This document shows, one piece after another, positions 50,591 to 60,811 of a stretch of DNA of 64,000 bases. Numbering within the stretch: the stretch's first letter is position 1; every line of letters starts with the position of its first letter. The stretch comes from Myxococcota bacterium (lineage in GTDB: Bacteria > Myxococcota_A > UBA9042 > PHBI01 > JAWLBL01). Location of the stretch: the NCBI GenBank assembly GCA_041687695.1, contig JAWLBL010000016.1, forward strand, positions 8,622 to 72,621. Reading direction: 5' to 3'. The translations under genes were made by a program, and so were the position numbers. Under the pieces are notes generated by a model. That model worked only from the letters and a program-made list of their open reading frames with translations, had not been told where the DNA came from and made no database searches.

Positions 50591-50771
50591 GACCCGTCTC
50601 CGGCGCACATGTTCGCGTGCCGGCACGCTACGAGGGGGCTCGTACGGGGTCAAGGTGCCACGTCGGCGGTCGGCCCAAATGGCCGCGCCCCGCGGGCCGT
50701 GGTGACGGCCGGCGGGGCGCGATGGTGCTCGTGCCGATCGGGCGAACCCGACGGCGAGCTTGCTCGTCGGG

Positions 50772-53018
50772 CTACTCGACCGGGCAGTGATCACCCAGGC
50801 CGTCGAAGGTGTCCTGGGCGAAGCCTTCCCACTCGGCCGCGGGGTCGAACTCGTCCGAGCCGTCCGGATCGCCCTCGAGCACGCTGCACTGGCGGCGCAG
50901 GGTGTTGTCGGCCGTGCTCAGGTCGCCCGTGCCCCACTCGGCGCCGGGGTCGACGCCGATCTGGCCGATGACGTCCAGCGTCTGCCCGTTGCAGACCAGG
51001 GCGACGGCGTCGTCGCCATTGTAGTTGAGGGCGCTGGTCAGCTGATCACACAGAGGCGCCAGCGTGGTGTTGGCCTGGTTGTGGCAAACCACGAACGTGC
51101 CCAGGGCGGGGATCGTCCCGTCGAGGTCGGCGCTGACCGAGTTCGGCGTCGTGTTGCCGTTGGCGTAGACCAGGACCGAGCAGAGGGCCAGGTCGACGTC
51201 CGACTCGCTGAAGTTGAAGATCTCGACCGCCTTGTTGTTGCTGGAGCCCTCGACGTACTCGCTGAAGAAGAGGTCGAAGACGACCGTGCTGCCGGTCGCG
51301 ACGAGGCCGCCCGCGGCGTCGACCTGGTAGCCGTCGGTGGAGCCGGCGCCCGTGTCGCAGTAGACCCAGGTCTCGCCGCCGTCGCCGCTGAAGCGGTAGG
51401 CGTAGTCGTAGGGCGAGCCGGACGCCGCCGGCAGCGTGAGGGTCGCCTGGTACTCGTCATTGTTGGGCTCGCCCGCCGCCGTGGGGTCGAAGCCGTCGTT
51501 CGGCTGGGCGCCGAGCCAGGTCCAGGTCTCGTCCGTGGCGGGATCGGTGGCGTCGGGGCCGTAGCCGAGCTGCGCGACGAGCTGGACGTGGGGGTCGTTG
51601 CCGGCCGTGTTCACGTCGGTCAGGCCCTCGGCGAAGACGCGGCCGTAGACCGTGGCCGTCGTACCCTCTTCGGCCTCGATGGTGGCCGGGAACTGCAGCC
51701 GGCAGAAGCCGACGGTGAAGGTCGGCAGGGTGCAGGTGTGGTTCGGCGCGCCCGGGCTGCCGGTGTCGCCGTTGTAGCTGTCGAGCGCCTCGCACCAGTT
51801 GGCGCCGTCGTCGTTGAGGGCCGGGTCGAACGCCTCGGGGTCGAGCTGCATGCTGGCGCCGGTCGGGTCGGGGAAGTCCGGCCCGCCGTCGTAGGCGACG
51901 ATGTCGACCTGGGTCTCGAGCTCGTCGGGGTAGCAGACGATCTCGACCAGATCACCGCCGTTTCCGAGGGTGAAGTTGCTGTAGACGTAGTCCGGGGTGA
52001 AGCCCGGGTCCGCCGACCGCGCGAAGGTCAGGTAGACGCCCGGCTCGACCTGGGGCGCGCCGATCACGACGAACGTCTCGCCCGCGAAGTTGCTGCGGAT
52101 CTCGCAGCCGTTGAGGCTCAGGGTGACGTCCGCCAGGCTGTGCAGCTCGAACCACTCGCCGACGTCGTCGTTGAGCGTGTTCGGGTTCTGCATGATCTCG
52201 GTGATGATCACCTCGCCGGGGAGCGGGTGCGGCGCGCGCGTGCAGCCGTCGTAGACGAAGGCGCAGGTGTCATCGCAGGCCAGGGTGCCATCGTCGAAGC
52301 CGAGCGAGAGGCACGTCGCCTCGCCCAGGTTCGCGCCGTCGCAGGCCTCGCCCTCGTCGATGTCGCCGTTGCCGCACGGGTCTTCGACGCAGCCGGTGAA
52401 GTCGAAGGCCGAGCAGTCGCTGGCGCAGGCCAGCTCACCGCCGAAGAAGCCCAGCGACGCACAGCTCTCGCCGCCGAGGTCCAGCCCGTCACAGGCCTCG
52501 CCGTCGTCGATGACGCCGTTGCTGCACAGGTCGGTGACGGCGTCGGGGTCGGTGACGGCGTCGGGGTCGGTGACGTCGGGGTCGGTGACGTCGGGGTCGG
52601 TGACGTCGGGGTCGGTGACGTCGGGGTCGGTGACGTCGGGGTCGGTGACGTCGGGGTCGGTGACGTCGGGATCGGTGACGTCGGGGTCGGTGACGTCGGG
52701 GTCGGTGACGTCGGGGTCGGTGACGTCGGGGTCAGTGACGTCGGGATCGGTGACGTCGGGATCGACCACGTCGGGATCGACGACATCAGGCTCCACTACG
52801 TCCGGGTCCACGGCGTCGGGCTCGGTGGCGTCGGGCTCGGTGGCGTCCGGCTCGGCATCCGGGCCTTCGCCGTCCGGCGAGGCGTCCGGCGCGTCGGCTA
52901 CGATGGTGTCGGACTGGTTGCCGGAAGGGCCCTCGTCACCGCAACCCGGCGACGTCAGGCCAATGGCCAGGCAGGCCCCAATCGGCAGCAGGAGGCGAGG
53001 CAGCGAAGGGCGTCTCAT
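50772..53018 (-). CDS. Lipoprotein with DPDVT acidic repeat linker, cysteine-rich repeats and two lamin-tail (LTD) domains
   Basis: Signal MRRPSLPRLLLPIGAC. (DPDVT)n linker. CSNGVIDDGEACDG and CGNGDIDEGEACDG units. LTD-like EVIITEIMQNPNTLNDDVGEWFELHS and VVFDLFFSEYVEGSSNNKAVEIFN. Confidence 0.7.
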   Translation of the reverse strand: MRRPSLPRLLLPIGACLAIGLTSPGCGDEGPSGNQSDTIVADAPDASPDGEGPDAEPDATEPDATEPDAVDPDVVEPDVVDPDVVDPDVTDPDVTDPDVTDPDVTDPDVTDPDVTDPDVTDPDVTDPDVTDPDVTDPDVTDPDVTDPDVTDPDAVTDPDAVTDLCSNGVIDDGEACDGLDLGGESCASLGFFGGELACASDCSAFDFTGCVEDPCGNGDIDEGEACDGANLGEATCLSLGFDDGTLACDDTCAFVYDGCTRAPHPLPGEVIITEIMQNPNTLNDDVGEWFELHSLADVTLSLNGCEIRSNFAGETFVVIGAPQVEPGVYLTFARSADPGFTPDYVYSNFTLGNGGDLVEIVCYPDELETQVDIVAYDGGPDFPDPTGASMQLDPEAFDPALNDDGANWCEALDSYNGDTGSPGAPNHTCTLPTFTVGFCRLQFPATIEAEEGTTATVYGRVFAEGLTDVNTAGNDPHVQLVAQLGYGPDATDPATDETWTWLGAQPNDGFDPTAAGEPNNDEYQATLTLPAASGSPYDYAYRFSGDGGETWVYCDTGAGSTDGYQVDAAGGLVATGSTVVFDLFFSEYVEGSSNNKAVEIFNFSESDVDLALCSVLVYANGNTTPNSVSADLDGTIPALGTFVVCHNQANTTLAPLCDQLTSALNYNGDDAVALVCNGQTLDVIGQIGVDPGAEWGTGDLSTADNTLRRQCSVLEGDPDGSDEFDPAAEWEGFAQDTFDGLGDHCPVE
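52529..52860. repeat. 15-bp tandem repeat (gtcggggtcggtgac) of at least 15 copies, encoding the DPDVT linker
   Basis: Direct reading shows near-perfect 15-bp periodicity with degenerate flanking copies. Confidence 0.85.
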
Positions 53019-53363
53019 CGAAATCCTCGGAGAATCTACGGGTCGTGGCGCGCCTCCAGCGAGGAGACGGGCCGGGGGGAGTCCAAACGGCCCCCGCTAT
53101 AGGCGGCCAGGACACTGAGGTCAACCAGGTGTCCGTTGCGGGACGGCGACGCGATGCAACCATGGGGCCTCGGCCGCCCGTTACGCTTTCGTGACGCGCG
53201 CTTGCGGCACCCGGCCGGCGCGGCGCGGTGAAACGTCACTCGGCGCGCCCGCTCGAGGGCACGCGCCCCTGCGCGCCTCCAACCGCGGAACCCCTTCGAG
53301 GCCCGCGCCAGGCGCGGGCCGTCCATGCTATCGTCCGCAACGTCCGAGCCCGGGGAGGAGCCG

Positions 53364-55025
53364 ATGCCGTTGACCTACATCAGGACACGCCCGCACGTGT
53401 CGACCGCGGCGCTGGCCGCGTTGCTGCTCGGCGCCTGCGGCGACGCCGGCGCGGGTGACCCGTCCGATGTCGCCGAGGTGAAGGCCCAGGACGCCTCCGA
53501 GATCGCGGACGCCGAGGGCGAGGTCGCCGCCGACTCCGGCCCCGACGTCCCCGCGCCCGAGCCGTACCCGGACCCGGGCGCCTGGCCGCCCAACCGCGGC
53601 CCCGGCGGGCCGGCCGTCAGCTTCCCCGAGGAGGCGCTCTACGAGCACTGCGCCTACCTGAACGGCGGCGAGGCCGACGTCACCGATCACCACAACCTGC
53701 TCGTCATGTACGACGGCTACCTGCTGATGCCCTGGGCACCCGAGTGGGGCGGCGGCGGCCTCACCTTCTTCGACGTGAGCGATCCCTGCGCCCCCACCGT
53801 CGCCGGCTACGGCACCAGCGAAGAGATGCGCGAGACGCACAGCATCGGCTTCTCCCACGGCACCCCGTCGGCCCCGGGCGCCTGGGCCGTGGTCAACCAG
53901 ATCCGCCTGACCCCAGATGGAGAGGCTCTCTTTTCGGGCGGCGTGCAGTTCTGGGACGTCTCGGACACCTCGGCGCCCCACGTCGTCTCCAGGCTCGAGC
54001 TCCCCGGCTTCGGCTACCCCGACGCCTACGCGCGCGTGACCCTCAGCGTCTTCTGGCAGGCCCCCTACGTCTTCGCCGCCGGCTCCGACAACGGCGTGTA
54101 CGTCATCGACGCCTCCGACCCGCTGTCGCCGAAGCTGCTGCACCAGCAGACCTTCGACCCCGTCCTGCGCGCCGGCCAGGTCGCCGCCGTCGGCAACCTG
54201 CTGTTCGTCTCGGCCGCAGAGGGCGCGCGCACCGTCCTGCTCGACGTCTCGGACCCCGCCGCCCCGCAGCCCATCCCCGGCGGCGACTTCCTGGTCCACG
54301 ACCCCGAGGGCAAGCCCCGCGAGTCCTACTTCAGCAACTTCTCCAACGGCTACGCCTACTACGCCCGCAAGGACAAGGGCGGCGGCGTGCTGATCTACGA
54401 CGTCCGTGACCCGACGCAGCCCGCGCTCGCCGGCTCGTACCACTCGGACGGCAACGGCGGCTACGTCTTCGTCAAGGACGACTTCGCCTTCGTGGGCGAG
54501 TCGAACTTCGCCGCCATCTACGACCTGTCCGATCTCGGCGCCATCACCGAGGTCCAGCGCCTGCACCTCACGGGCGACCTCGACACCATGACCCCCATCG
54601 GCAACGTGGTCGTCCTGAGCGTCGACGACAAGGGCGACCCCGGCAAGGGCAGCGCCATCGCCCCCTGGCAGACCGAACCCGACGCGACGCCGCCGCGCGT
54701 CACCTGGGTCTACCCGCCGGACGGGGCGACCGGCCTCGCCCCGACCTCGCGCTTCGGCGTGACCTTCGGCGAGATGGTCGACCCCAAGAGCGCCTGGGAG
54801 GGCTCGGTGCGCCTGTACCGCACCGATCTCGGCCCGACGGCGGGACGCGTCGAGGGTTACGTCAGCGCGCAGGAGGCCATCGTCAACTTCGCGCCGGCCG
54901 CGCCGCTCGAGGCAGGCCGACACTACACGCTCGAGCTCCCGGCGGGCGGCGTGACCGACTACAACGGCAACGCCCTCGCCGAGTCCTTCACCGCCGGCTT
55001 CACGGTCGCCGGGACCGCGCCGTGA
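53364..55025 (+). CDS. LVIVD-repeat beta-propeller lipoprotein with C-terminal Ig-like domain
   Basis: Signal AALAALLLGACGD. LVIVD-type repeats VYVIDASDPLSPKLL, VLLDVSDPAAPQ and VLIYDVRDPTQPALAG. Confidence 0.7.
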   Translation: MPLTYIRTRPHVSTAALAALLLGACGDAGAGDPSDVAEVKAQDASEIADAEGEVAADSGPDVPAPEPYPDPGAWPPNRGPGGPAVSFPEEALYEHCAYLNGGEADVTDHHNLLVMYDGYLLMPWAPEWGGGGLTFFDVSDPCAPTVAGYGTSEEMRETHSIGFSHGTPSAPGAWAVVNQIRLTPDGEALFSGGVQFWDVSDTSAPHVVSRLELPGFGYPDAYARVTLSVFWQAPYVFAAGSDNGVYVIDASDPLSPKLLHQQTFDPVLRAGQVAAVGNLLFVSAAEGARTVLLDVSDPAAPQPIPGGDFLVHDPEGKPRESYFSNFSNGYAYYARKDKGGGVLIYDVRDPTQPALAGSYHSDGNGGYVFVKDDFAFVGESNFAAIYDLSDLGAITEVQRLHLTGDLDTMTPIGNVVVLSVDDKGDPGKGSAIAPWQTEPDATPPRVTWVYPPDGATGLAPTSRFGVTFGEMVDPKSAWEGSVRLYRTDLGPTAGRVEGYVSAQEAIVNFAPAAPLEAGRHYTLELPAGGVTDYNGNALAESFTAGFTVAGTAP

Positions 55026-57316
55026 GACGCGCGACCCTCGCGCTGGCGCTGGCCCTGACCGGCTGCGGGAGCGCCCCCCCAACCGCCGCCGAGGACGCCA
55101 AGGCGGCGGACCTCGCCGGCGGCGACGCCCCGGACACCGGCGCCGTCGACGCGGGCGACGATCCGGGCCCCGAGCTGCCCGCGCAGCCGCTGACCGCCGT
55201 CGCCGTGGCCCCGCGCTACGCCCTGGTCGGCGAGCCGGTCCTGCTCGACGGGTCGGCCTCGACCGGCGCCACCGCCTTCCAATGGAGCTTCGGCAACGGC
55301 GACGGCTGGGACGCCCCGCGCCCCGAGCCCACGGCCACGGTCACCTACGCCGCGCCCGGCCGCCACCAGGCCGTCCTCAGCGTCTTCGACGCGGTCGGCG
55401 CCCGTCGCACCGCGACGGCCCTGGTCACCGTCACCCACGCGCCCACCCACGTCCCGCGCCAGTCCTCGACCCTGGTCCGCCTGCCCGGCGAGCCCGACCG
55501 CTTCGCCGTCGTCAGCGCCGATTCGAGCGAGCTGGTCCTGGCCACCCGAACCGGTGACGCCGCCTTCGAGGTGACCTGGCGCGCGTCCACCGCCGCCCAC
55601 CCGCGGACCGTGGCCTACCACGACGGGCACCTGCTGGTCGCCTGCCAGGACGCGGGGACGCTGCAGGCCTTCCGCGCCGCCGGCGGCGAGCTGGCCTTCA
55701 CCACGCCGCTGCCCGCCGCCTCTCGGCCCTTCGGCGTCGTGGCCACGGGCGACGCCGTGTACGTCTCGCTGCAGGCCACCGGCGAGCTGGCGCGCCTCAG
55801 CTGGGACCCCGCGGCCGGCCCAGCCCTTCTGAACGTCGTCCCTGCGCTGCCGGACGCCCGCGCCCTGGCCCTCCTGCCCGACGGCCGCGTCGCCGTCGCC
55901 CGCTGGCGCTCGCCCGACACCGAGGGGCAGATCGCCGTCATCGACCCGGACACCGGCGCCGTGGCCCCCTGGACGCTCGAGCTGGACCCGCAGGAGCCCT
56001 CCGACACCGAGAGCGGCGGCGTCCCGAGCTACCTCTCCCAGATCCTGGTCCCGCCCACCGGCGGCGCCGTCGCCATCCCTTCCCTGCAGGCCAACCTCTT
56101 CGGCGGCCTCCACCTCTCCGGACAGGCCCTGGCCCACGACACCACGGTCCGCGCCGTCCTCTCCTGGCTCGACCCGGCTTCCGGCGTCGCGGCCGCCACC
56201 GACCGCAAGCACTTCGACAACCGCGGCTTCGCCTCGGCCGGCGTCTTCACCTCCCGCGGCGACTACCTGTTCGTCGCCGACCGCGGCGCCCGCGCGGTCG
56301 AGCGCCTCGACGCCCTGACCGGCGCGCAGTCCGGCACCCTCCTGGACGTCGGCTACGCCCCCGAGGGCCTGGCCCTGACCGCCGACGACCGCTTCCTGCT
56401 GGTCGACGCCACCCTGTCCCGCGAGCTGGTCGTCTTCGACGTCTCCGACTTCACCAAGCTGCCCAGCCCCGTGGCGCGCCTGACCGTCCCCAGCGCCGAG
56501 CCGCTCGCCCCCGCGGTCCTGCGCGGCAAGCAGCTCTTTGGCGACGCCTTCGACCCGCGCCTCGGCCGCGACGGCTACATGGCCTGCGCCCACTGCCACC
56601 TCGAGGGCGACTCCGACCGCCGCGTGTGGGACTTCACCGACCGCGGCGAGGGCCTGCGCAACACCATCGGCCTGCTCGGGCGCGCCGGCCTGGGCCACGG
56701 CCCGCTGCACTGGTCGGCCAACTTCGACGAGGTGCAGGACTTCGAGAACGACATCCGCGGCCCCTTCGAGGGTCACGGCCTCATCCCCGACGCGGACCTG
56801 CCCGAGGCCGCCGTCCACCCGCTGGGCGCGCCCAAGGCCGGCCTCAGCGCCGATCTGGACGCCCTGGCCGCCTATGTCACCAGCCTGGCCGAGCTGCCGC
56901 CCAGCCCCCACCGCCTCGCCGACGGCGGCCTGACCCAGGCGGCCCACCGCGGCCGCGCGCTCTTCGAATCGCCGGACCTGGGCTGCGCGACCTGCCACGC
57001 CGGGGCCGCCCTGACCGACAGCGCCTGGGAGGCCGACGGCGCCCCGCGCCTGCACGACGTGGGCACCCTGACCCCCGCCTCGGGCCAGCGCCTGGGTGGC
57101 CCGCTGCCCGGCCTGGACACGCCGACCCTGCACGGCCTGTGGGACAGCGCCCCCTATCTGCACGACGGCTCGGCCCCGACCCTCGAGGCCGTCCTGACGA
57201 CCCGCAATCCGGCCGATCAGCACGGCACCACCAGCCAGCTGACCGCCGCTCAGATCGCCGACCTCGTCGCCTTCCTGCTGAGCCTCGACGGCCGGCCGCT
57301 CCCCGAGCCTCCATGA
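55022..57316 (+). CDS. Lipoprotein with PKD/propeller region and C-terminal di-haem cytochrome c (peroxidase-like) domain
   Basis: Signal LALALALTGCG. Two CxxCH haem sites, CAHCH and CATCH. Overlaps neighbours by 4 nt at both ends (GTGA, ATGA). Confidence 0.7.
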   Translation: MRRATLALALALTGCGSAPPTAAEDAKAADLAGGDAPDTGAVDAGDDPGPELPAQPLTAVAVAPRYALVGEPVLLDGSASTGATAFQWSFGNGDGWDAPRPEPTATVTYAAPGRHQAVLSVFDAVGARRTATALVTVTHAPTHVPRQSSTLVRLPGEPDRFAVVSADSSELVLATRTGDAAFEVTWRASTAAHPRTVAYHDGHLLVACQDAGTLQAFRAAGGELAFTTPLPAASRPFGVVATGDAVYVSLQATGELARLSWDPAAGPALLNVVPALPDARALALLPDGRVAVARWRSPDTEGQIAVIDPDTGAVAPWTLELDPQEPSDTESGGVPSYLSQILVPPTGGAVAIPSLQANLFGGLHLSGQALAHDTTVRAVLSWLDPASGVAAATDRKHFDNRGFASAGVFTSRGDYLFVADRGARAVERLDALTGAQSGTLLDVGYAPEGLALTADDRFLLVDATLSRELVVFDVSDFTKLPSPVARLTVPSAEPLAPAVLRGKQLFGDAFDPRLGRDGYMACAHCHLEGDSDRRVWDFTDRGEGLRNTIGLLGRAGLGHGPLHWSANFDEVQDFENDIRGPFEGHGLIPDADLPEAAVHPLGAPKAGLSADLDALAAYVTSLAELPPSPHRLADGGLTQAAHRGRALFESPDLGCATCHAGAALTDSAWEADGAPRLHDVGTLTPASGQRLGGPLPGLDTPTLHGLWDSAPYLHDGSAPTLEAVLTTRNPADQHGTTSQLTAAQIADLVAFLLSLDGRPLPEPP

Positions 57317-58386
57317 CACGCCTCGCCCTCGCGGCCCTCGCGGCCGCCACGCTGGCCTTCTCCTGCGGCGCCCCCCAGGCCGCGGCGCCCCCCGACGTGA
57401 CCGCAGACCGGGACGATCTGGCCCACGACGACGCGCCCTCGCCGGACGTAGCCGACATCCTCCCGGCCCCGCGCACCTTCCGCGTCGTGACCTTCAACAC
57501 CGGCTCCGCCCCCGAGATGGACCACGACGGGCCGCCCGACGACGGCTACGGCGCGGCCGAGGCGGCGCTGACCGCGGCGCACTACGGCAACGGCCTGGCC
57601 TGGCTCCCCTTCGTCGAGCAGACGACCGCCTTCTTCACCGCCCTGCAGGCCGACGTCGTCGTCTTCCAGGAGATCTTCCACCCCGGCGAGTGCCCCGATG
57701 TGCCGGAGGAGGCGCGCGCCGGCTTCGTCTGCCAGGACTGGGCGCCCGGCGCTCCGACCGTGGCCCAGCGGCTGGTCGGCGAGGGCTTCCAGGTCGCCTG
57801 CCACCCGGGCAAGCCGGACAAGTGCGCGGCGGTGCGGCGCTCGGTCGGGACCTTCCGCGGGTGCCAGGGCGACCTGTGCCTCGACGGCCTCGACGGCTTC
57901 ACGGTGCCGGGGTGCGGCAGCGGGGCGCGTGTCGCGCGCGGGCGGGTCGACCTGGTCTCGGGCGGCACGCTGACGGTGGTCAACGTGCACGGCACCTCGG
58001 GCTTCTCGGCCGACGACCTGGACTGCCGCGTCGCGCAGGTCGAGCAGATCTTCGTCGACCTGGGCGACGGAGCCCCCGCCATCGGTCCGGACGAGCTGGG
58101 GGTCGTCCTGGGCGACCTGAACACCGACCCCGGCCGCCTGGCCGAGGGCGACCCCTCGGCGGCCCGCTGGCTGGACTTCGCGGGCCCGGGCCGCCCCTTC
58201 GCCTTCCTCAGCCCCTTCGGCCCCGAGGCCCCGCCCAGCTACGTGCTGTTCAACATCGATCACGTGCTGTCCGCCACGCTGACCGGCCCCTGCTTCGTGC
58301 CCGGCGTGACCGAGGGGCACCCGCCGGTCCTGGACGCGGCGCTGTTCTTCGACCACCACCCGATCGTCTGCGACCTGACGGAGTGA
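57313..58386 (+). CDS. Endonuclease/exonuclease/phosphatase (EEP) family lipoprotein
   Basis: Signal LAALAAATLAFSCG. FRVVTFNTG...VVFQEI...LGDLN...IDHVL follows the EEP pattern. Confidence 0.65.
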   Translation: MTRLALAALAAATLAFSCGAPQAAAPPDVTADRDDLAHDDAPSPDVADILPAPRTFRVVTFNTGSAPEMDHDGPPDDGYGAAEAALTAAHYGNGLAWLPFVEQTTAFFTALQADVVVFQEIFHPGECPDVPEEARAGFVCQDWAPGAPTVAQRLVGEGFQVACHPGKPDKCAAVRRSVGTFRGCQGDLCLDGLDGFTVPGCGSGARVARGRVDLVSGGTLTVVNVHGTSGFSADDLDCRVAQVEQIFVDLGDGAPAIGPDELGVVLGDLNTDPGRLAEGDPSAARWLDFAGPGRPFAFLSPFGPEAPPSYVLFNIDHVLSATLTGPCFVPGVTEGHPPVLDAALFFDHHPIVCDLTE

Positions 58387-58428
58387 TCGCGCGGAACATC
58401 CGTTGCCCCCGCGGGGTTGATGCCCCCC

Positions 58429-59619
58429 ATGCGACACAACAAGTGGATCATCGCCCTGGCCGGCGTACCGGCCGCGCTCGCGTTCTTGACCACCGGCACG
58501 ACGCCGCCGACGCCGCTCCCCGCCCCGTCGGCGGTCGAAGCCGCGGCCACCAGCGAGGGGGCGCCCGTCACCGGACCGGTCCTCTCCTCACCCGAGCCGG
58601 CCGAGACGCCCGCGCCCCCGCTCTCAGCGGCCGAGCGCGCGCGCATGGCGGCCGAGCTCCAGCGGCTGAAGACCCGCGACGCCAAGCAGCTGGTCGAGGT
58701 GGTCAGCCAGGCCGCCGAGGAGGCCGGCTCGGTCGTCCCGCCGAGCTTCCTGCTGGCTATCGCCCACACCGAGACGCACGGCGACGTGCTGGCGGTCTCG
58801 CCCGCGGGGGCGGCGGGCCTGGCGCAGGCGACCCCGGCGGCCTTCATGATGGAGGGCGTCGAGGGGCCGCTGTTCATCACGAACGACTACCTGATGGGCA
58901 CGCGCGCCTACATCATGAAGAAGCCGCTGGGCGACGCGCTGAACATCACCGAGCGGGTGCTCGACGGCGAGGCCACCCTCCCGCAGGCGCTCGAGCTGCT
59001 GGAGACGGCGCGCGCGCTGCGCCGCGTGGGCGTCGAGGAGCTCGAGGCGCTGGCCCCGCGCGCCCCCGAGCTGTTCATGCAGCGTGTCCGGGCGGCCGAC
59101 GCCCGCAACGAGCAGGCCCTGGACGAGCTGGGGCGGCTGTTGTCGGAGGGGGCGCCGCGCCAGGCGCTCGACGGGTTCCGCGAAGGGCTGCAGAGCGATT
59201 TCGACGCGGCGATGGACGAGCAGCAGGTGCGGTGGATGCGCTACGCCGAGGCCCTGAAGGCGGAGCGGGACCGCGTCCTGCGCGCCCACTTCGGGCAAGA
59301 CCCGGCCAAGGTGATGGCGCAGCGCCGCTACGAGGCGGGCGAGGTGCTCGGCGCCAAGCTCGACGCGCGCTTTTCGCCCACCAAGATGGCGCTGTTTCTG
59401 ACGCGGCACCTCGAGACCAAGCGCCAGCAGGCCCTCGAGGCCGGCATCGGCGCGGACGAGCTCGAGGTCTGGACGGCGGCCCTGTACAACGGCGGGCGCG
59501 TCAACGTGCTGCGCCTGCGGTCGGGGCTCATCCGCTCCATCCGCGAGACGCGCGACTACATGAAGAAGGTCCCCGAGATGCGCCAGCGCCTCGAGCGCGT
59601 CGCCGGCGCTACCGGCTGA
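58429..59619 (+). CDS. Secreted lytic transglycosylase (SLT domain) protein
   Basis: Signal MRHNKWIIALAGVPAALAFL. SLT motif LLAIAHTETHGDVLAVSPAGAAGLAQATPAAF. Confidence 0.7.
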   Translation: MRHNKWIIALAGVPAALAFLTTGTTPPTPLPAPSAVEAAATSEGAPVTGPVLSSPEPAETPAPPLSAAERARMAAELQRLKTRDAKQLVEVVSQAAEEAGSVVPPSFLLAIAHTETHGDVLAVSPAGAAGLAQATPAAFMMEGVEGPLFITNDYLMGTRAYIMKKPLGDALNITERVLDGEATLPQALELLETARALRRVGVEELEALAPRAPELFMQRVRAADARNEQALDELGRLLSEGAPRQALDGFREGLQSDFDAAMDEQQVRWMRYAEALKAERDRVLRAHFGQDPAKVMAQRRYEAGEVLGAKLDARFSPTKMALFLTRHLETKRQQALEAGIGADELEVWTAALYNGGRVNVLRLRSGLIRSIRETRDYMKKVPEMRQRLERVAGATG

Positions 59620-59683
59620 CGCGAAGGCGGGACGATCCGCCGCCCCGACCGACGAGGGCCGGGGCGGCGGGCGCCCGCGTGCA

Positions 59684-60448
59684 TCACGGCGAAGACGGCT
59701 GCGTCGGCTGCTGGCCCGGCATGGGCTGCTGGCCCGGCTGCCTGGGCTGCTGGCCGTGCTGCCCGGTCTGCTCGATCTTCTGGCCCTGCGGGCTGATGAG
59801 GTACCACTCGCCGCCGAAGCCTTGGACGTCCTGCCCCTGGATGTCGTTGGGGCCGGTGTCGCGGGCGAAGTAGTACAGCGGCCACCCGTTGTAGGTCACC
59901 TGCTTGGTGCCATCGGGCCGGGTGATGGTCCCGAGCTTCGACCGGTCGAGGTTCGGCGCGACCGTGCTGGGATCGCCCGTGGTCACCAGCGGCGGCCACG
60001 CGGTGGCGCACGCGTCGTTGCATCGGCTGCTGTCGGCGTTCTCGTCCGGCGTGAACAGGTACAGGGCGCGGCCCTGCGCGTCGGTCAGGAACTCGCCGTA
60101 GGGCTGCTGGTTCTTGACGTTCAGCTGGACCTGGCTGGCCGCCTGTCCGGGCTGCTGGCCCGGCTGGCCCATGGTGGGCTGCTGGCCCGGCTGGCCCATG
60201 GTGGGCTGCTGGCCTGGCTGCTGGCCCGGCTGGCCCATGGTGGGCTCCTGTCCTGGCTCGCCCATGGTGGGCTCTTCGCCGGGCTCCGGCATCGCGCCGG
60301 CGTCGGCGCCGCCCATCGGCGCGGGCTCTCCCGGCGTCGGCTCCTCACCCATCGGCTGGGTGCCGGGCGCGCCGGTGTCGCGGCACGCTCCCAGCAGCGG
60401 CAGCGTCATCATCGTCCCGAGGACGCAGAGGGTCTTCATCAGGCGCAT
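59684..60448 (-). CDS. Lipoprotein of the COG4315 secreted-repeat family with a PGQQPTMG low-complexity linker
   Basis: Signal [23 protein letters not shown]-terminal [16 protein letters not shown]...[12 protein letters not shown]...YNGWPLYYF pattern. The internal 30-bp repeat at about 60130-60300 encodes the QPTMGQPGQ units. Confidence 0.65.
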   Translation of the reverse strand: MRLMKTLCVLGTMMTLPLLGACRDTGAPGTQPMGEEPTPGEPAPMGGADAGAMPEPGEEPTMGEPGQEPTMGQPGQQPGQQPTMGQPGQQPTMGQPGQQPGQAASQVQLNVKNQQPYGEFLTDAQGRALYLFTPDENADSSRCNDACATAWPPLVTTGDPSTVAPNLDRSKLGTITRPDGTKQVTYNGWPLYYFARDTGPNDIQGQDVQGFGGEWYLISPQGQKIEQTGQHGQQPRQPGQQPMPGQQPTQPSSP

Positions 60449-60756
60449 CGTCGGCCTCCTGGGGCGCGCCACGCGCTCGCGTTCGGGCGCCCCTGCGGGG
60501 TTTGTCGCGTCCCGGCCGTCCGGCCTCGGTGGGCGTGGCCTCGTTCGGCTTGCCCTGCGCGCGCTCGGCGCGGAGACCGGCCGGGATCGGGATCGGCCTT
60601 TGTTCCCATGAACTTAGGACCACTTGCCGGGTGCGGCAACGCGTCCCAGGGGGCGCTTTGAGGCCGCGGCCGCTCGGGACGCGGCGGCAACACCTGCGTT
60701 CGCGCCACGTTTCTCGCCTCGCGGCGGCCGCTGAGGCAGCTTCGACGTGCGGGGGC

Positions 60757-60785
60757 TTGCTATTAATTGAACGAATGTTTAATGT
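60757..60785 (+). promoter_or_regulatory. Putative sigma70-like promoter in an AT-rich patch
   Basis: TTGCTA, then 17 nt, then TAATGT, about 25 nt upstream of the phyH-like start. Partial palindrome ATTAAttgaacgaatgtTTAAT. Confidence 0.4.
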
Positions 60786-60811
60786 GCGGGCCTCACCTCC
60801 GGGAGCACCCC

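Noticed and set aside
60767-60811. PhyH start at ATG 60767 (MNECLMCG...).
   Set aside because: That codon sits inside the AT-rich promoter patch, overlapping the predicted -10. The downstream Met (MAAIDTTP) leaves room for a 5' UTR.
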